A stretch of 64,000 nucleotides of DNA from Chiloscyllium plagiosum. Lineage: Eukaryota. The stretch is taken from NCBI RefSeq assembly GCF_004010195.1, contig NC_057752.1, positions 427,942 to 491,941 of the forward strand, written 5' to 3'. Position 1 is the first letter of the stretch. Each line of letters starts with the position of its first letter. The position numbers and the translations under genes are program-made. Of this stretch, positions 51,575 to 63,060 are shown piece by piece. Under the pieces are notes generated by a model. That model worked only from the letters and a program-made list of their open reading frames with translations. It searched no databases and had not been told where the DNA came from.

Positions 51575-52987
51575 CTGCAAAATAGATAATAAACAGCACA
51601 TTAAACAAATGTATTCGGCAAGTTGGGAGAAAAGTGGATAGTCTCCCTATAGGTGCTGTACACAGGAAGTCACAAGCATTTAAAGAACAAACTTCCAGTC
51701 ATTTCATGTCTTTTGTGACCTCAACACATCCCAAAGCTCTTTATTGCCAATGAAGTACTTTTGAAATGCAATCACTGATCAAAACTGCCTGAAATTTGGC
51801 AGCCAATTTGCACAAACAGCAATGCGATTTACTTTTTTAAAAGTAATGTTAATTGAAGGACAAGTATTGGCCAAGATTTCAGTGAGAGTTCCTCTGCTGC
51901 TTTTCCAGTGGTATCATGGATTCTTTCACACCTGGCAGAAAGGGCAGACAGAATCTTGGCTCAATGTTTCATATGAAAGATAGCACCACTGACAACATAG
52001 CATTCTCTGAATACTGCACTGGTCATGACTGCCTAGATTTGGGGCTTAAATCTCTGGAGTAGGATACAAGAGCCATGCTTGAGACATGGGCTGATCTATT
52101 CAATGGCTCAGAATTTCTGTTTGATTCTTTTGAGCCACGTTGCTCCTGTCATCTCCAACATGTCTCAGTGCACACAGATCCACATCAACTGCAATAACAC
52201 AGCCCACACATACAGAGAGTCTATTATTATCCATTCTAGATGGCACAATTACAGATGACATCCCCACAGGGATTCTGAATCGCAACAGCCCTGTTATTTT
52301 CACACTATGTTTTTAAAAAAATTTAACAAGAGCTCACATCGAGCAACATGCTTTCCTTGATCTGTTCTTTTTGATGAGATTTATTCTAGTCAAACACCTT
52401 CTCCACTGCCCCAATTCACCACGTGCGTCTCCTTCTGGGATACAAAAGCCCTCCAGGTATCTTATGCAAAATTGACATTCTTCATGTGTGAGCTCAGTGA
52501 GGTTTGCCAGGCTGTTCATCCATGATTTGCATTGCAGCCCAGTCAGATGCCAACATCACCAAAAGTCTAGACACAATAAATTTTTCAAATAGGGTGGGAG
52601 ATCACAGGGTAGCAATCAAGACAAAAATCTCTGACTGACTGTAGCACTTATATACTTGCAGGCACCTCCATGCAAAGATTTATTAAATATACTCTGAGGC
52701 CTAATGTTTTTCTTTGTTAACCAATTACCTCAGTTAGTTATAGATCTCACCGACCGGTTATTTTCATTGCTTGCCTTTTGACTATAAATTCCTCCTGTTA
52801 TCCCCAGTCCCAACTGCACATCTACTGAAAGGAGCAGTACCGTCAAGAAGGTACCACTGCCAACTATGCCACTGCATACAATGTCAGGGGTGGAGTGAGT
52901 GAATGTTTGTGGATGTGGTGCCAAGGCTGCTTTGTCCTGGATGGTGTCAGGCATTTTGAGTGTTGCTGGAGTTGCACCCATCCAGCA

Positions 52988-54414
52988 GAAAGTGAGGACT
53001 GCAGATGCTGGAGACCAGAGTTGAAAAGTGTGGTGCTGGAAAAGCACAGGTCAGTCAGCATCCAAGGAGCAGGAAATTCGACGTTTCGGGCATAAGCCCT
53101 TCTTCAGGAATGAGGCTGGTGTGCCAAGCGGGCTGAGATAAAAGGTAGGGGGGGGGAATTTGGGGGAGGGGCGCTGCGAATACGATAGGTGGAAGGAGGT
53201 GAGGGTGAGGGTGATAGGCCAGAGGGGAGTGGGGGTGGAGAGGTCGGGAAGAAGATTGCCGGTCAAGAGAGTGGTGCTGAATCCGGCGGTTGGGATTGAG
53301 ATGAGGTGGGGGAGTGGAAATGAGGAAGCTGGAGACGTCTACATTCATCCTGTGGGGTTGGAGGGTTCCTAGGCTGAAGATAAGGCGCTCTTCCTCCAGG
53401 CGTCGTGTGGTCAGGATCTGCGATGGAGGAGGCCAAGGACCTGCATGTCCGTGGCGGAGTGGAAGGGGGAGTTAAAGTGTTCAGCCACGGGGCGGTTGGG
53501 TCGGTTGGTGCGGGTGTCCGAGAGTGTTCCCTGAAACGTTCCAAAAGTAGGCAGCCTGTCTCTACAATGTAGAGGAGACCACATCGGGGGTAACGGATAC
53601 AGTAAATGATGTGTGTGGAAGTGCAGGTGAATTTGCGATGGATATGGAAAGATCCATTGGGGCTTTGGAGGGAGGTGAGGGTGACGTTTGGGCGCAAGTT
53701 TTGCACTTCTTGCGGTTGCAGGGGAAGGTGCTGGGAGTGAAGGTGGTGTTGGTGGGGGGTGTGGACCTGACGAGGGAGTCGTGGATGGAGTGGCCTCTCC
53801 AGAACGCTGATGGGGTGGGCAGGGAAATATATCCTTGGTGATGGGGTCTGTTTGGAGGTGTCGGAAATGACGGTGGATGATACGATGTATCCAAAGCTTG
53901 GTGGGGTGGAATGTGAGGTCCAGTGGGGTTCTGTCCTGGTGGCGATTGGAGGTGCGGGGTTCAAGGGCAGAGGTGCGAGAAGTGCAGGAGATGCGGTGGA
54001 GAGCATCGTCGACCACGTCAGAGGGGGAATTGCGGTCTTTGAAGAAGCAGGCCATTTGGGTTGTTCGGCAGTGGAATTCCCTCACTATTAGACCTAATCA
54101 CCACATCCTACAAATAATGTTTAATTTAGCATGGCCAATTCATTTAACTTGTATATCTTTCGATTGTAGGAGGAAACCGGAGCTCACAGAGGAAACCTGT
54201 GCAGACACGGGAGAATGTGCAGAATTCCAAAGCCATTCGCATGAGCCCTCACCTCCTTCCACCTATCATATTCCCCCCCACCCCACCTTTTATCTCAGCC
54301 CGCTTGGCACACCAGCCTCATTCCTGAAGAAGGGCTTATGCCCGAAACGTCGATTTTCCTGCTCCTCAGATGCTGACTGACCTGCTGCGCCTTTCCAGCA
54401 CCACACTTTTCGAC
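52988..54414 (-). mobile_element. Penelope-like element 3' half (GIY-YIG endonuclease) with an inverted second terminal repeat
   Basis: TFPCNRKKCKTCA, FTCTSTHIIYCIRYPRCGLLYIVETG..L.ERFREH and PVAEHFNS. Terminal repeats at 52988-53260 (-) and about 54245-54414 (+). Imperfect flank repeat GTTGCACC..TCCA(A)GCA. HE1-like fragment at about 54115-54225. Confidence 0.9.
53076..53111 (-). ncRNA. Minimal (type I, stem-III-less) hammerhead ribozyme motif
   Basis: AUUC-CUGAAGA-A-GGGC(UUAU)GCCC-GAAAC-GUC-GAAU: catalytic core, 4-bp stem II, palindromic ACGU and 4-bp stem I. Confidence 0.75.
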
Positions 54415-55827
54415 GTTGCACCTGTCCAAGCAAGTGGGGAGTATTCCATCACATTCCTGAGCTGTGTAGATAATAGACAGGTTTTGAGGAGTTAGGAGGT
54501 GAATTATTTGCTGCAGAATTCCTATCCTCTGACCTGCACTTGTAGCCACAGCATTTGTATGGCAAGTCCAATTTAGCTTCTGGTCAATGGCAGAACCCCA
54601 GGACATTGATGTTAGGGGATTCAGTGATTTCCCTTGACATTCAATGGTATTACAGTGGTTAGATTCTCTCTCTGGCTGGAGATGGTCAGTGCCTGGCACT
54701 TATGTGGCCCAAACATGGATATTGTCTTGCCACATATGAACATGTATTGCTTCAGTACCTGAGCAGCTGTGAATGGCGCTGAACATTGTGCAATCATCAG
54801 CGAACATCCCCACTTCTGACCTTATGAGGGGCGCAAGGTCATTGATGAAGCAGCTGGAGATGATTGGGCCTCAGACAATACCCTGAGGAACTCCTGCAGA
54901 GATGTCCAGGAGCTGATATGACTGACCTTCAAAATCCACAAACGTGTTGCTTTGTGCCATGTATGACTTCAACCTTTGGAAAGTTTTCCTCAATTCCGAT
55001 TGACTCGAATGTTGCTAGAGTCCTTGGTGCCACACTCAGTCAAAAATTGGCAATCACTCTCACCTCACTTCTGGAATTCAGCTCTTTGGTCCATGTTTGA
55101 ACCAAGGTTGTAATAAGATCAGGAGCAAAGTAGCCTTGACAGAAACCAAACTGAGCGTCAGTGAGCAGTTTATTAGGAACCAATTTTCCACATTGTCGGA
55201 TAGATGCTGCTGTTGTGACTGTACTAGATAAGATTTTGATGATAAATATTGCACAGAACACCAAGGAGAACTTCCCTACTGTACATACAATAATACCATG
55301 GGATCGGTGGCATCCACCTGAGTGGACATACTGGGCCTCAGTTTAGTGTCTTATCCAAATTTCCAAGAATACAGCACAGCTCCTCTGAAGGTGTATGCCT
55401 TCTCAGCATTACATGGGGATTATCAGTCCTGATTATAGAACCCAGTCTTCTGATTTAAAGGCAAAAGGGCTACCCACTTCCACACTTAACATGCAACCAA
55501 GATGTGCCTGTGGTACCTTTGTACTGCTTCCTGTGTCACTCAGTATACCTTTAGCTATCAAATGTGTCCAGTCCAACATCGCAGAATTAATCAATGTAGC
55601 AGGTTTCTTGTAACATGTTTAAACAGTTGTTAAATTGAACTGGGTGAACTGCCATCAAATTTACTTTTCAGTATAAAAATAGAGATTTATAGTCAAGAAT
55701 GATAGACAATTTCTAAATCCACTTCTATAGTTATTAACCAAAGCTGCTAACAGAAAAATCATTTATTGCTTTGAAATGCCCTAATCAATCACATTCTTAT
55801 GACAATAACAAAGGAAGTGATGTCAGC

Positions 55828-56413
55828 AATATGCTGTACAGGGCCCTGGTGAGACCGCACCTGGGAATATTGTGTCCAGTTCTGGTCTCCAAATTTGAGG
55901 AAAGACATTCTGGCTAATGAGGGAGTGCAGCGTAGGTTCACGGGGTCAATTCCTGGAATGGCGGGACTATCTTATGTTGAAAGATTGGAGCGACTGGGCT
56001 TGTATACCCTTGAGTTTAGAAGACTGAGAGGGGATCTGATTGAGACGTATTAAGATTATTAAAGGATTGCACACTCTGGAGGCAGGAAACATGTTTCCGC
56101 GAATGGGTGAGTCCTGAACCAGAGGACACAGCTTAAAAATAAGGGGTAGGCCAATTAGGACAGAGATGAGGAGAAACTTCTTCACCCAGAGAGTGGTGGG
56201 TGTGTGGAATGCTCTGCCCCAGAAGACAGTGGAGGCCCAGTCTCTGGATTCGTTTAAGAAAGTGTTGGATAGAGCTCTCAAGGATAGTGGAATCAAGGGT
56301 TATGGAGGTAAGGCAGGAACAGGATACTGATTAAGGATGATCAGCCATGATCATAATGAGTGGTGGTGCAGGCTCGAAGGGCAGAATGGCCTACTCCTGC
56401 ACCTATTGTCTAA
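55828..56413 (+). mobile_element. CR1 3' fragment
   Basis: QFWSPNLRKD..EGVQRRFT, LEFRRLRGDLIETY and RRNFFTQRVVGVWNALP read from the nucleotides. Confidence 0.85.
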
Positions 56414-59400
56414 ATAGAGAAAGAACTCAGTGAATGTTGTCACATTGAAATTTAGAACTGGAGTCTACATCATTCCTGCAGTGGAGGAAAGAACATGAAC
56501 AAACAGTGATCAAATCTCCCCTTTCTTTTAAACTTTTCACAAAAGCATTGTAAATAGTTTTACCATATTCTCAAAACTACCAGAACTCTTATTATGTTTT
56601 TTCACATTTAAAGTTTGAAAACCTAATTAGTTTTCTCTGATGTAATTAAAATATTCTTTCATACTGCGGGAGAGAATATTTACTTCAAAATGAAGGAAAG
56701 TACACGAGTTAAATAGTATTATATGAACGTTTTCTGGGAGAGTCTGTTTCTAGCACTCCTTGACATATTAAAAGCAGTTCTAAAACTGCTCCTGCACCAT
56801 TGTGTACATGTACACATACACACACCATGCACACTGTAGACCAATGATTCTCAAACTGGAGTCTGCAGAGACATTTCAGGAAATCTGCAGCACAAGGTGG
56901 CCACCCAGGACACCATAATCAAAAGTAAGGAAGGTATTGGCAGTCAGAGCTCATTGTCTGCTAGTGCTTCATCCAGAGGTGTTTTCTCAACTGTTTTTGC
57001 CTGTGGTGGCTGCCATTGCCTTTCACTGTCAAGGGCAGAGCAAGAAGGCAGGTCTCAGGTCTACCTCATCCAGAATGGAAATTGAACTTGCGGTATTGGC
57101 ATTATTCTGAATCACACACTTGCCACCTAACCAGCTCAGCTAAAAAAAAACCCAAAAGAACTGCAGATGCTCTAAATCAGAAAAACAGGAATTGCTGATG
57201 AAGTGTTAGTGTTGAATAAGAAGGCCCGTTGGGGATTTTCTCAACTCACCAACAATCAAACTCTTAAGTGGTCAATTAACAAACAGTTAAAGCCCTCAAC
57301 TCACCACCAGCCTGATTACCCCTGTTCCTGCATGCAAGAAAGAAAGGGGACTGGTTTCTGTGACCTGCCTGCTCAGTTAGAGGGTCCATTTGCTTCAGTC
57401 TGAATCCAGGCATTTCAGGAGTGCCTCTGACCTCCCCCTGACCTTTGTCTTCCTACAAGACCCAAAAGAGAAAGACCTTTATTCTCATAGGCCACAGCAA
57501 GTTAGTCCACACTGATATTCCAGCAGTGTTGCACTGTGGTTGTGATGTTTTTTGGGTGAGATGGTAAACGGAGGTCGTTTCTGCCCTCTCAGGTGGATTT
57601 TAAAAATCCCATGGTAGTATTTTAAATAGGGGATTTTTAAAATGTTTATATTCATCTGAAGTTTCCTCCATTTCCTCATCCTACAAGTTTCTCCAGTCCC
57701 CACAGCCCTCAGATATGTGTAACACTGCAATTCTAATTATTTGAGCACCCAAATTTTAATTTGCTTCACCACTGGCAGCAGCCTTCCCTAAGCTCTAGGA
57801 TGATCTCTCTCTCTCTATTTTAAGAGGCTCCTTATAACCTACTTATTTTTACTAAACATTTGGTCATCTGCACTAACGTCTCCTAAGATATGTGTGTGTG
57901 TGTGTTCACACTTCTTTTAAGTACCTTGAGCTATTTTACAATGTTTTACAAGGTGCTATATAAACACATTGTTGTTGTACCCTGGGCCAGCATTTCCTAT
58001 CCTTCCCAGTCTGAGATTTCCACCACTAGATTTCAGTCTGTGTCTGGAGCTGACCTTTGTGCACTTGAAATATTATTGCTGTCATTTCTTTACAGGGTGC
58101 AGTGCATCGTGCTGAATGTTTCCCTCTAGCTATCAGCATTCTGAGGCACTGACATTAAAAATGGAAAAAGGATCCCTCTTGTCTTCTGCCAGAGGCCATG
58201 TTAAAACTGCCACGTTCTCTCCCCACCCCCGCTTGTTCAGCAAGTAAATTCAGCAGCCAGTGAGTAGGTGTGTTACATATGATTGGATGCCATTCTGTGT
58301 TGAAGGAGCTTATTTATTCATTCATGCAACGTGGGTATTACTGGCTGGGCCCAGCATTTATTGCCGGTCCCTAGTTGGCCTTGAGAAAGTAGGTGAATTG
58401 CCTTCTTGAACTACTGCAGTCTGTGTGCTGTGGGTTGACCCACAATGCCATTAAGGAGTGAATTCCAGGATTTTCAGCCAGCAACACTGAAGGAACAATA
58501 ATATATTTCCAAGTCAGAATGGTAAGTGGCTTGGAGGGGAACATGCAGGTGGTGGGTGTTCCCAAGTGTCTGCTGTCATTGTCCTTCTAGATCAAAGTGA
58601 TTGTGGGTTTGGAAGGTACTCGTAAGGAGCTTTGGTGAATTTCTGCAGTATGCCTTGTAGATAATACCCACTGCAGTTTCTGAGGGTGGCAGGAGTGGAT
58701 GTTTGTGGATGTGGTGCCAGTCAAACAGGCTGGTTTGTTCTGGTTTGTGCCAGCTTCTTCAGTGTTGCTGGAGCTACACCCACCCAGGCATGTGGGGAGT
58801 ATCCATCACACTCCTGACTGATATCTGAACTGGTGTGATCAGGGCAAGGAGCAGGGGAATGGAGGGATGGAAGTTCTACAGCTTTGTTTTCTCGGTTGGT
58901 AGGTCAACCTTCCAAAGTTTGTGCTCCTGGTTGGTGTCCAGTGTGAAAATGCTTCTGTGGGGATGTCCAGTGAAACTCCCCAGACTCCCCTGGCTTGATT
59001 CCAGTGAAACATTTCCTCTTCAGTGCACATACATATTTCCAGACAACTGGTGCTGCAAACTCACCCAATTGAGCTGAATTCTGTGTGCAGAAATCAGACC
59101 CATTTCACATTCTGGACTGAAAGAAGTAAGTTTAATTGGAGCCTTTATCTCAATAATACCATATCCTACACAGTGGAGAGCAGATACAAACCTAAAAAAC
59201 ATACCAGGCTAACTGATGACGAGATAATTCACCCAATCAGGAGAATGCAGGAGATTTGAACAAAGTATTCTCAGTGGTCTGGAGAGAAATAATCTAGATT
59301 TAGTTCTATAGACTTGCCTTTTCAGCTCACCGAGAATCAATACAACTAGAAGGAACAAAACTGAAATCCGTCGGAAAATTCACAGCTACAAGGTGAAGCC

Positions 59401-60282
59401 TTAAGTTGCTATCTATCAGAAAATCATTGAGACAACTGGTGATAGACAACATTTTCTAGATGGATAGTGAGCAGAAATATAGTACTCATCAGGAATCAAT
59501 CCACAGCACAATTTAAAGAAGGATTGTTTCTGCAGCCAAGGGGAGGGGCACAGAGTGAACTGACGTCTTTGTGACAACGACAACATCGCTGTGCATGGCA
59601 TTTCTGTAAATATATTGCACTTTACTGTGATGTTTCTCGTTGTCATTTCACCACTAGCACTCATTGCAAGCTTGCCCTTGAACAATGGCACCTGGAGAAC
59701 TGGATCTGGCTCAGCAAGAATCTGCATTTAGAATATGGAACATTACAGCACAAGCCCTTCAGTCCACCATGTCTGTGCTGACCATGATGCCATTCTGTTA
59801 TTTTCTAATCAACCTATTCAGAAATGTTCATACTTCTGCAGCAGGGTGGACTTGAAACCAGTCATCCTGGTCCCAAATATAGGAACACTATCACTGCACC
59901 ACAGGTACCCTTGCCATTCTAAACTCATCCTATCTGCCTGCACGAGGTCTGTATCCCCCCTGTTCACTGACTGTTGTCTGTTTAAAAGCCTCTTAAACAT
60001 TGCTGTCATATCTGCTTTTACCACCTCACCTGGCAGCGCATTCCAGGCACCTACCATCTTCTGTATAAAAAATCCTTTCCTCATACATCTCCTTTAAACT
60101 TTTCCCCTCTTCACCTTAAACCTATGTCCCGTAGTATTTGATATTTCCACCCTGGGAAAAAGACTCCATCTATCCATCCTATTCATGCATCATTTTATAT
60201 ATGCTTCTATCACATCACCCCTCAGCCTTCAACACTCTAGCAAAAAACAATCCAAGTTTGTCCAACTTCTCCTAATAGGCTA

Positions 60283-60450
60283 AAGTGAGGACTGCAGATG
60301 CTGGAGATCAGAGTCGAGAGTAAGGCGCTGGAAAAACACAGCAGGTCAGGTAGCATCCGAGGAGCAGGAGAATCAACGTTTCGGGCATAAGCCCTTCATC
60401 AGGATTCCTAATGCTGCCTGATCCACTATGCTTTTCCAGCACCACACTCT
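60283..60450. mobile_element. Fold-back PLE terminal-repeat insert in CR1
   Basis: Reverse arm with hammerhead, then a short forward arm. Imperfect flank repeat CAACTTCTCCT(AATA/GAT)GGCTA at 60263-60282 and 60451-60469. Confidence 0.8.
60369..60408 (-). ncRNA. Minimal hammerhead ribozyme motif with canonical CUGAUGA core
   Basis: GGAAUC-CUGAUGA-A-GGGC(UUAU)GCCC-GAAAC-GUU-GAUUCU. Stem I has 5 Watson-Crick pairs plus one G-U. Confidence 0.78.
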
Positions 60451-60888
60451 CAACTTCTCCTGATGGCTACTACACTCCGTCTAGGCAATATCCTGGTAAT
60501 CCTCTTTTGCACTCTCTCCAAAGCCTTCACATCCTTCCCATAGTGTGGTGACCAGAATTGCACCTAATGCACCAAATGCGGCCTAACTTAAGTCTTACAC
60601 AGCTGCAACATTACTTGCCAACGTTTATACTCAATGCCTTGACTGATAAAGGCAAGCATGCTGTACACCTTCTTTACCACTTTATCCACTTGTGTTGCAA
60701 CTTTCATGGAGCTAAGGACTTGCAACCCAAGATCCCCCTGTATATCAGTGCTCCTGAGGATCCTGCCATTTCCTGTTGCATTTGACCTCTCAAGATGCAT
60801 CACCTCACATTTATCCAGATTAAACTCCATCTGCCATTTTTCCACCCAGCTTTCCAATTGGTCTATATCCTGCTGTATCCTTTGATAA

Positions 60889-60990
60889 AGTCAGAAGTCA
60901 CAACACCAGCTTATAGTCCAACAGGTTTATTTGCTCCTTCGTCAGGTAAACTGTCCATCCCAATCCAACACCGGTACCTCCACATCATGA
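60889..60990. mobile_element. Rearranged family-2 PLE terminal fragment in CR1
   Basis: Reverse then forward pieces of the 30577-30702 repeat. 15-bp flank TGTATCCTTT(G/T)ATAA at 60874-60888 and 60991-61005. Confidence 0.75.
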
Positions 60991-62948
60991 TGTATCCTTT
61001 TATAACCTTTCTCATTATCCACAATTCCACCAATTTTCATGTCATCTGCAAACTTATAATGAGACCACCTACATTTTCATCCAAATCATTGATATATATA
61101 TACATTACAAACAATAGAGATCCCAACACTGATCCTTGCAGAACACCACTGTTCACAGCCTTCCAGTTAGAAAAACACCGCTCCACAACTACCCTCTGTC
61201 TTCTATGACCAAGCGAATTTTGTATCCAACTTACCAATTCACCATGGATCCCATGCGACTTAATCTTCTGGACCAGCCGACCATGAGGGACCTTGTCAAA
61301 TGCTTTAGTAAAGTCCACGCAGACAACATCCACTGCCCTACCTTCATCAATCATTATTGTTAGTTCCTCAAAAAATTAAATCAGATTTGTAAGACAAGAC
61401 CTCCCCTACATAAAGCCATGCTGACTATCTCTAATAAGTCCATTCTTCTCCAAATCTGAGTAAATCCTGTCTTGAAGAATCTTCTCCATTACGTTCCCTA
61501 CACTGATGTAAGGCTCACCAACCTATAATTTCTTGGATTATCCCTGTTGCCCTTCTTAGACAAAGAAACAATATTGGCTATTCACCATGCTTCTGGGACC
61601 TCACCTGTGGCTAAAGAGGATACAAAGATCCCAGCAATCTCCTCCTCTGCCTCCTGATCCCATCAGGCCCTGGGGTCTTATCTACCTTATTGTTTTTCAA
61701 GATAACCAACACCACCACTTTCTTAATACCAACATGCCCTGGAACATCAATATACCCCTCCCTAATCTTACCATCATCCATGTCGCTCTCCTTGGTGAAT
61801 ACAGATGCAAAGTACTCATTAAGAATTTCACCCACTTCCTATGGCTGCATGCATAAATTCCCTCCTTTGTCCTTGAGTGGAGCTGACATTGCCCTAGCTA
61901 TCCTCTTGCTCCTAATATACGTATAAAATGCCTTGGGATTCTCCTTAATCCTACTTGCCCAGGATATTTCTTAGTTAGAGACAAAAACTGCAGATGCTTG
62001 AATCCAAAGGCTATTTCTTGGCCCTTCTCGACCTAATTTTTTGTTTAAGTGCTTTTCTGCTTCCTTTATACTCAAGGGCCTTGTTTGATTTCAGTTTCCT
62101 AAACCTTACATATGCTTTCTTTTTCTTTTGACTAACCTTTCAATATCTCGTCAGCCAAGGTTCCCGAATCTTGCCATTCGTATCTTACCATTCTTATCAT
62201 TCATCCAAACAGGAACACGCTAGTCCTGAACTCTGATCAACTGACCTTCAAAACGGTCCCACGTGTCAGATGTGGATTTACCCTCAAACAGCTGCACCCA
62301 ATCGAATTTCTCATGTCTAATACTGCTGTAATTAGCCTTGCACCAATTTAGCATTTTCACCTGAAGACCAGTTTAATTCTTATCGATAACTATTTTAAAA
62401 CACATGGAATTATGATCACTGTTCCCAAAATGCTTCCCCACTGAAACTTCGATCACCTGGCCAGGCTCATTCCCCCCCACATGTTTGAGTACAGCCCCTT
62501 CCCTAGTTGGACTATCTACATATTGTTTCAAGCAACCCTCCTGGATGCACCAAACAAATTCTGCCCTCCGGCACTAAAACAGTCCCAGTCAATATTGGGG
62601 AAGTTAAAATCACCCACAACAACAACCCTGTTTTTGTGAACATCTTTCCATGATCTGTTTACATATCTGTTCCACTATCTCAAGCTGGCTATTTGAGCCC
62701 TCCAAGATATCCTCTCTTAGTACAGCTATGATGTTCTCCTTAATCAGTAAGCAACTTCCCTCCCCTTTTACACCCCTCTCCATCTCGCCTGAAACATCTG
62801 CACCTGGGAACGTTGAGCTGTCAGTCCTGCCCTTCTCTCAACCCAGTTTCTGTAATGGCTCCCACATCATAGTCCCATGTACTAATCCAGGTTCTAAGTT
62901 CATTTCCCTTACCTTTTAATACTCCCTATCCTAAAATAAATACATGCC

Positions 62949-63060
62949 TGTAGTGATTGTAACAAAGTCAGCCAAGTGGACCTCATAGAATGAGTTCCCT
63001 GATTGATTGGACCTGGTTAACAGCCCCAAAGAGCCCTGACTGACAGATAAAAACACGAAT
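62949..63060 (+). mobile_element. Partial LTR of the same Gypsy family
   Basis: TGTAGTGATTGTAACAAAGTCAGCCAAGTGGACCTCATAGAATGAGTTCCCTGATTG matches the 5' half of the LTRs at 45017 and 49451. Confidence 0.85.

Larger units (their letters stand above)
59730..62948 (-). mobile_element. Near-complete CR1/HER1 ORF2 relic (EN to 3' tail) with several small nested inserts
   Basis: GEILNEYFASVFTKE, KVDKTPGPDGI, VDFTKAFDKVPHGRLV, SGVLQGSVLGSLLF, KWQMEFNLDKCEVMH and FFIQKMVGAWNALP. Confidence 0.9.

Noticed and set aside
53263..54085. Longest ORFs (247 and 224 aa) as novel host genes
   Set aside because: They are frameshifted pieces of the Penelope RT/GIY-YIG ORF.
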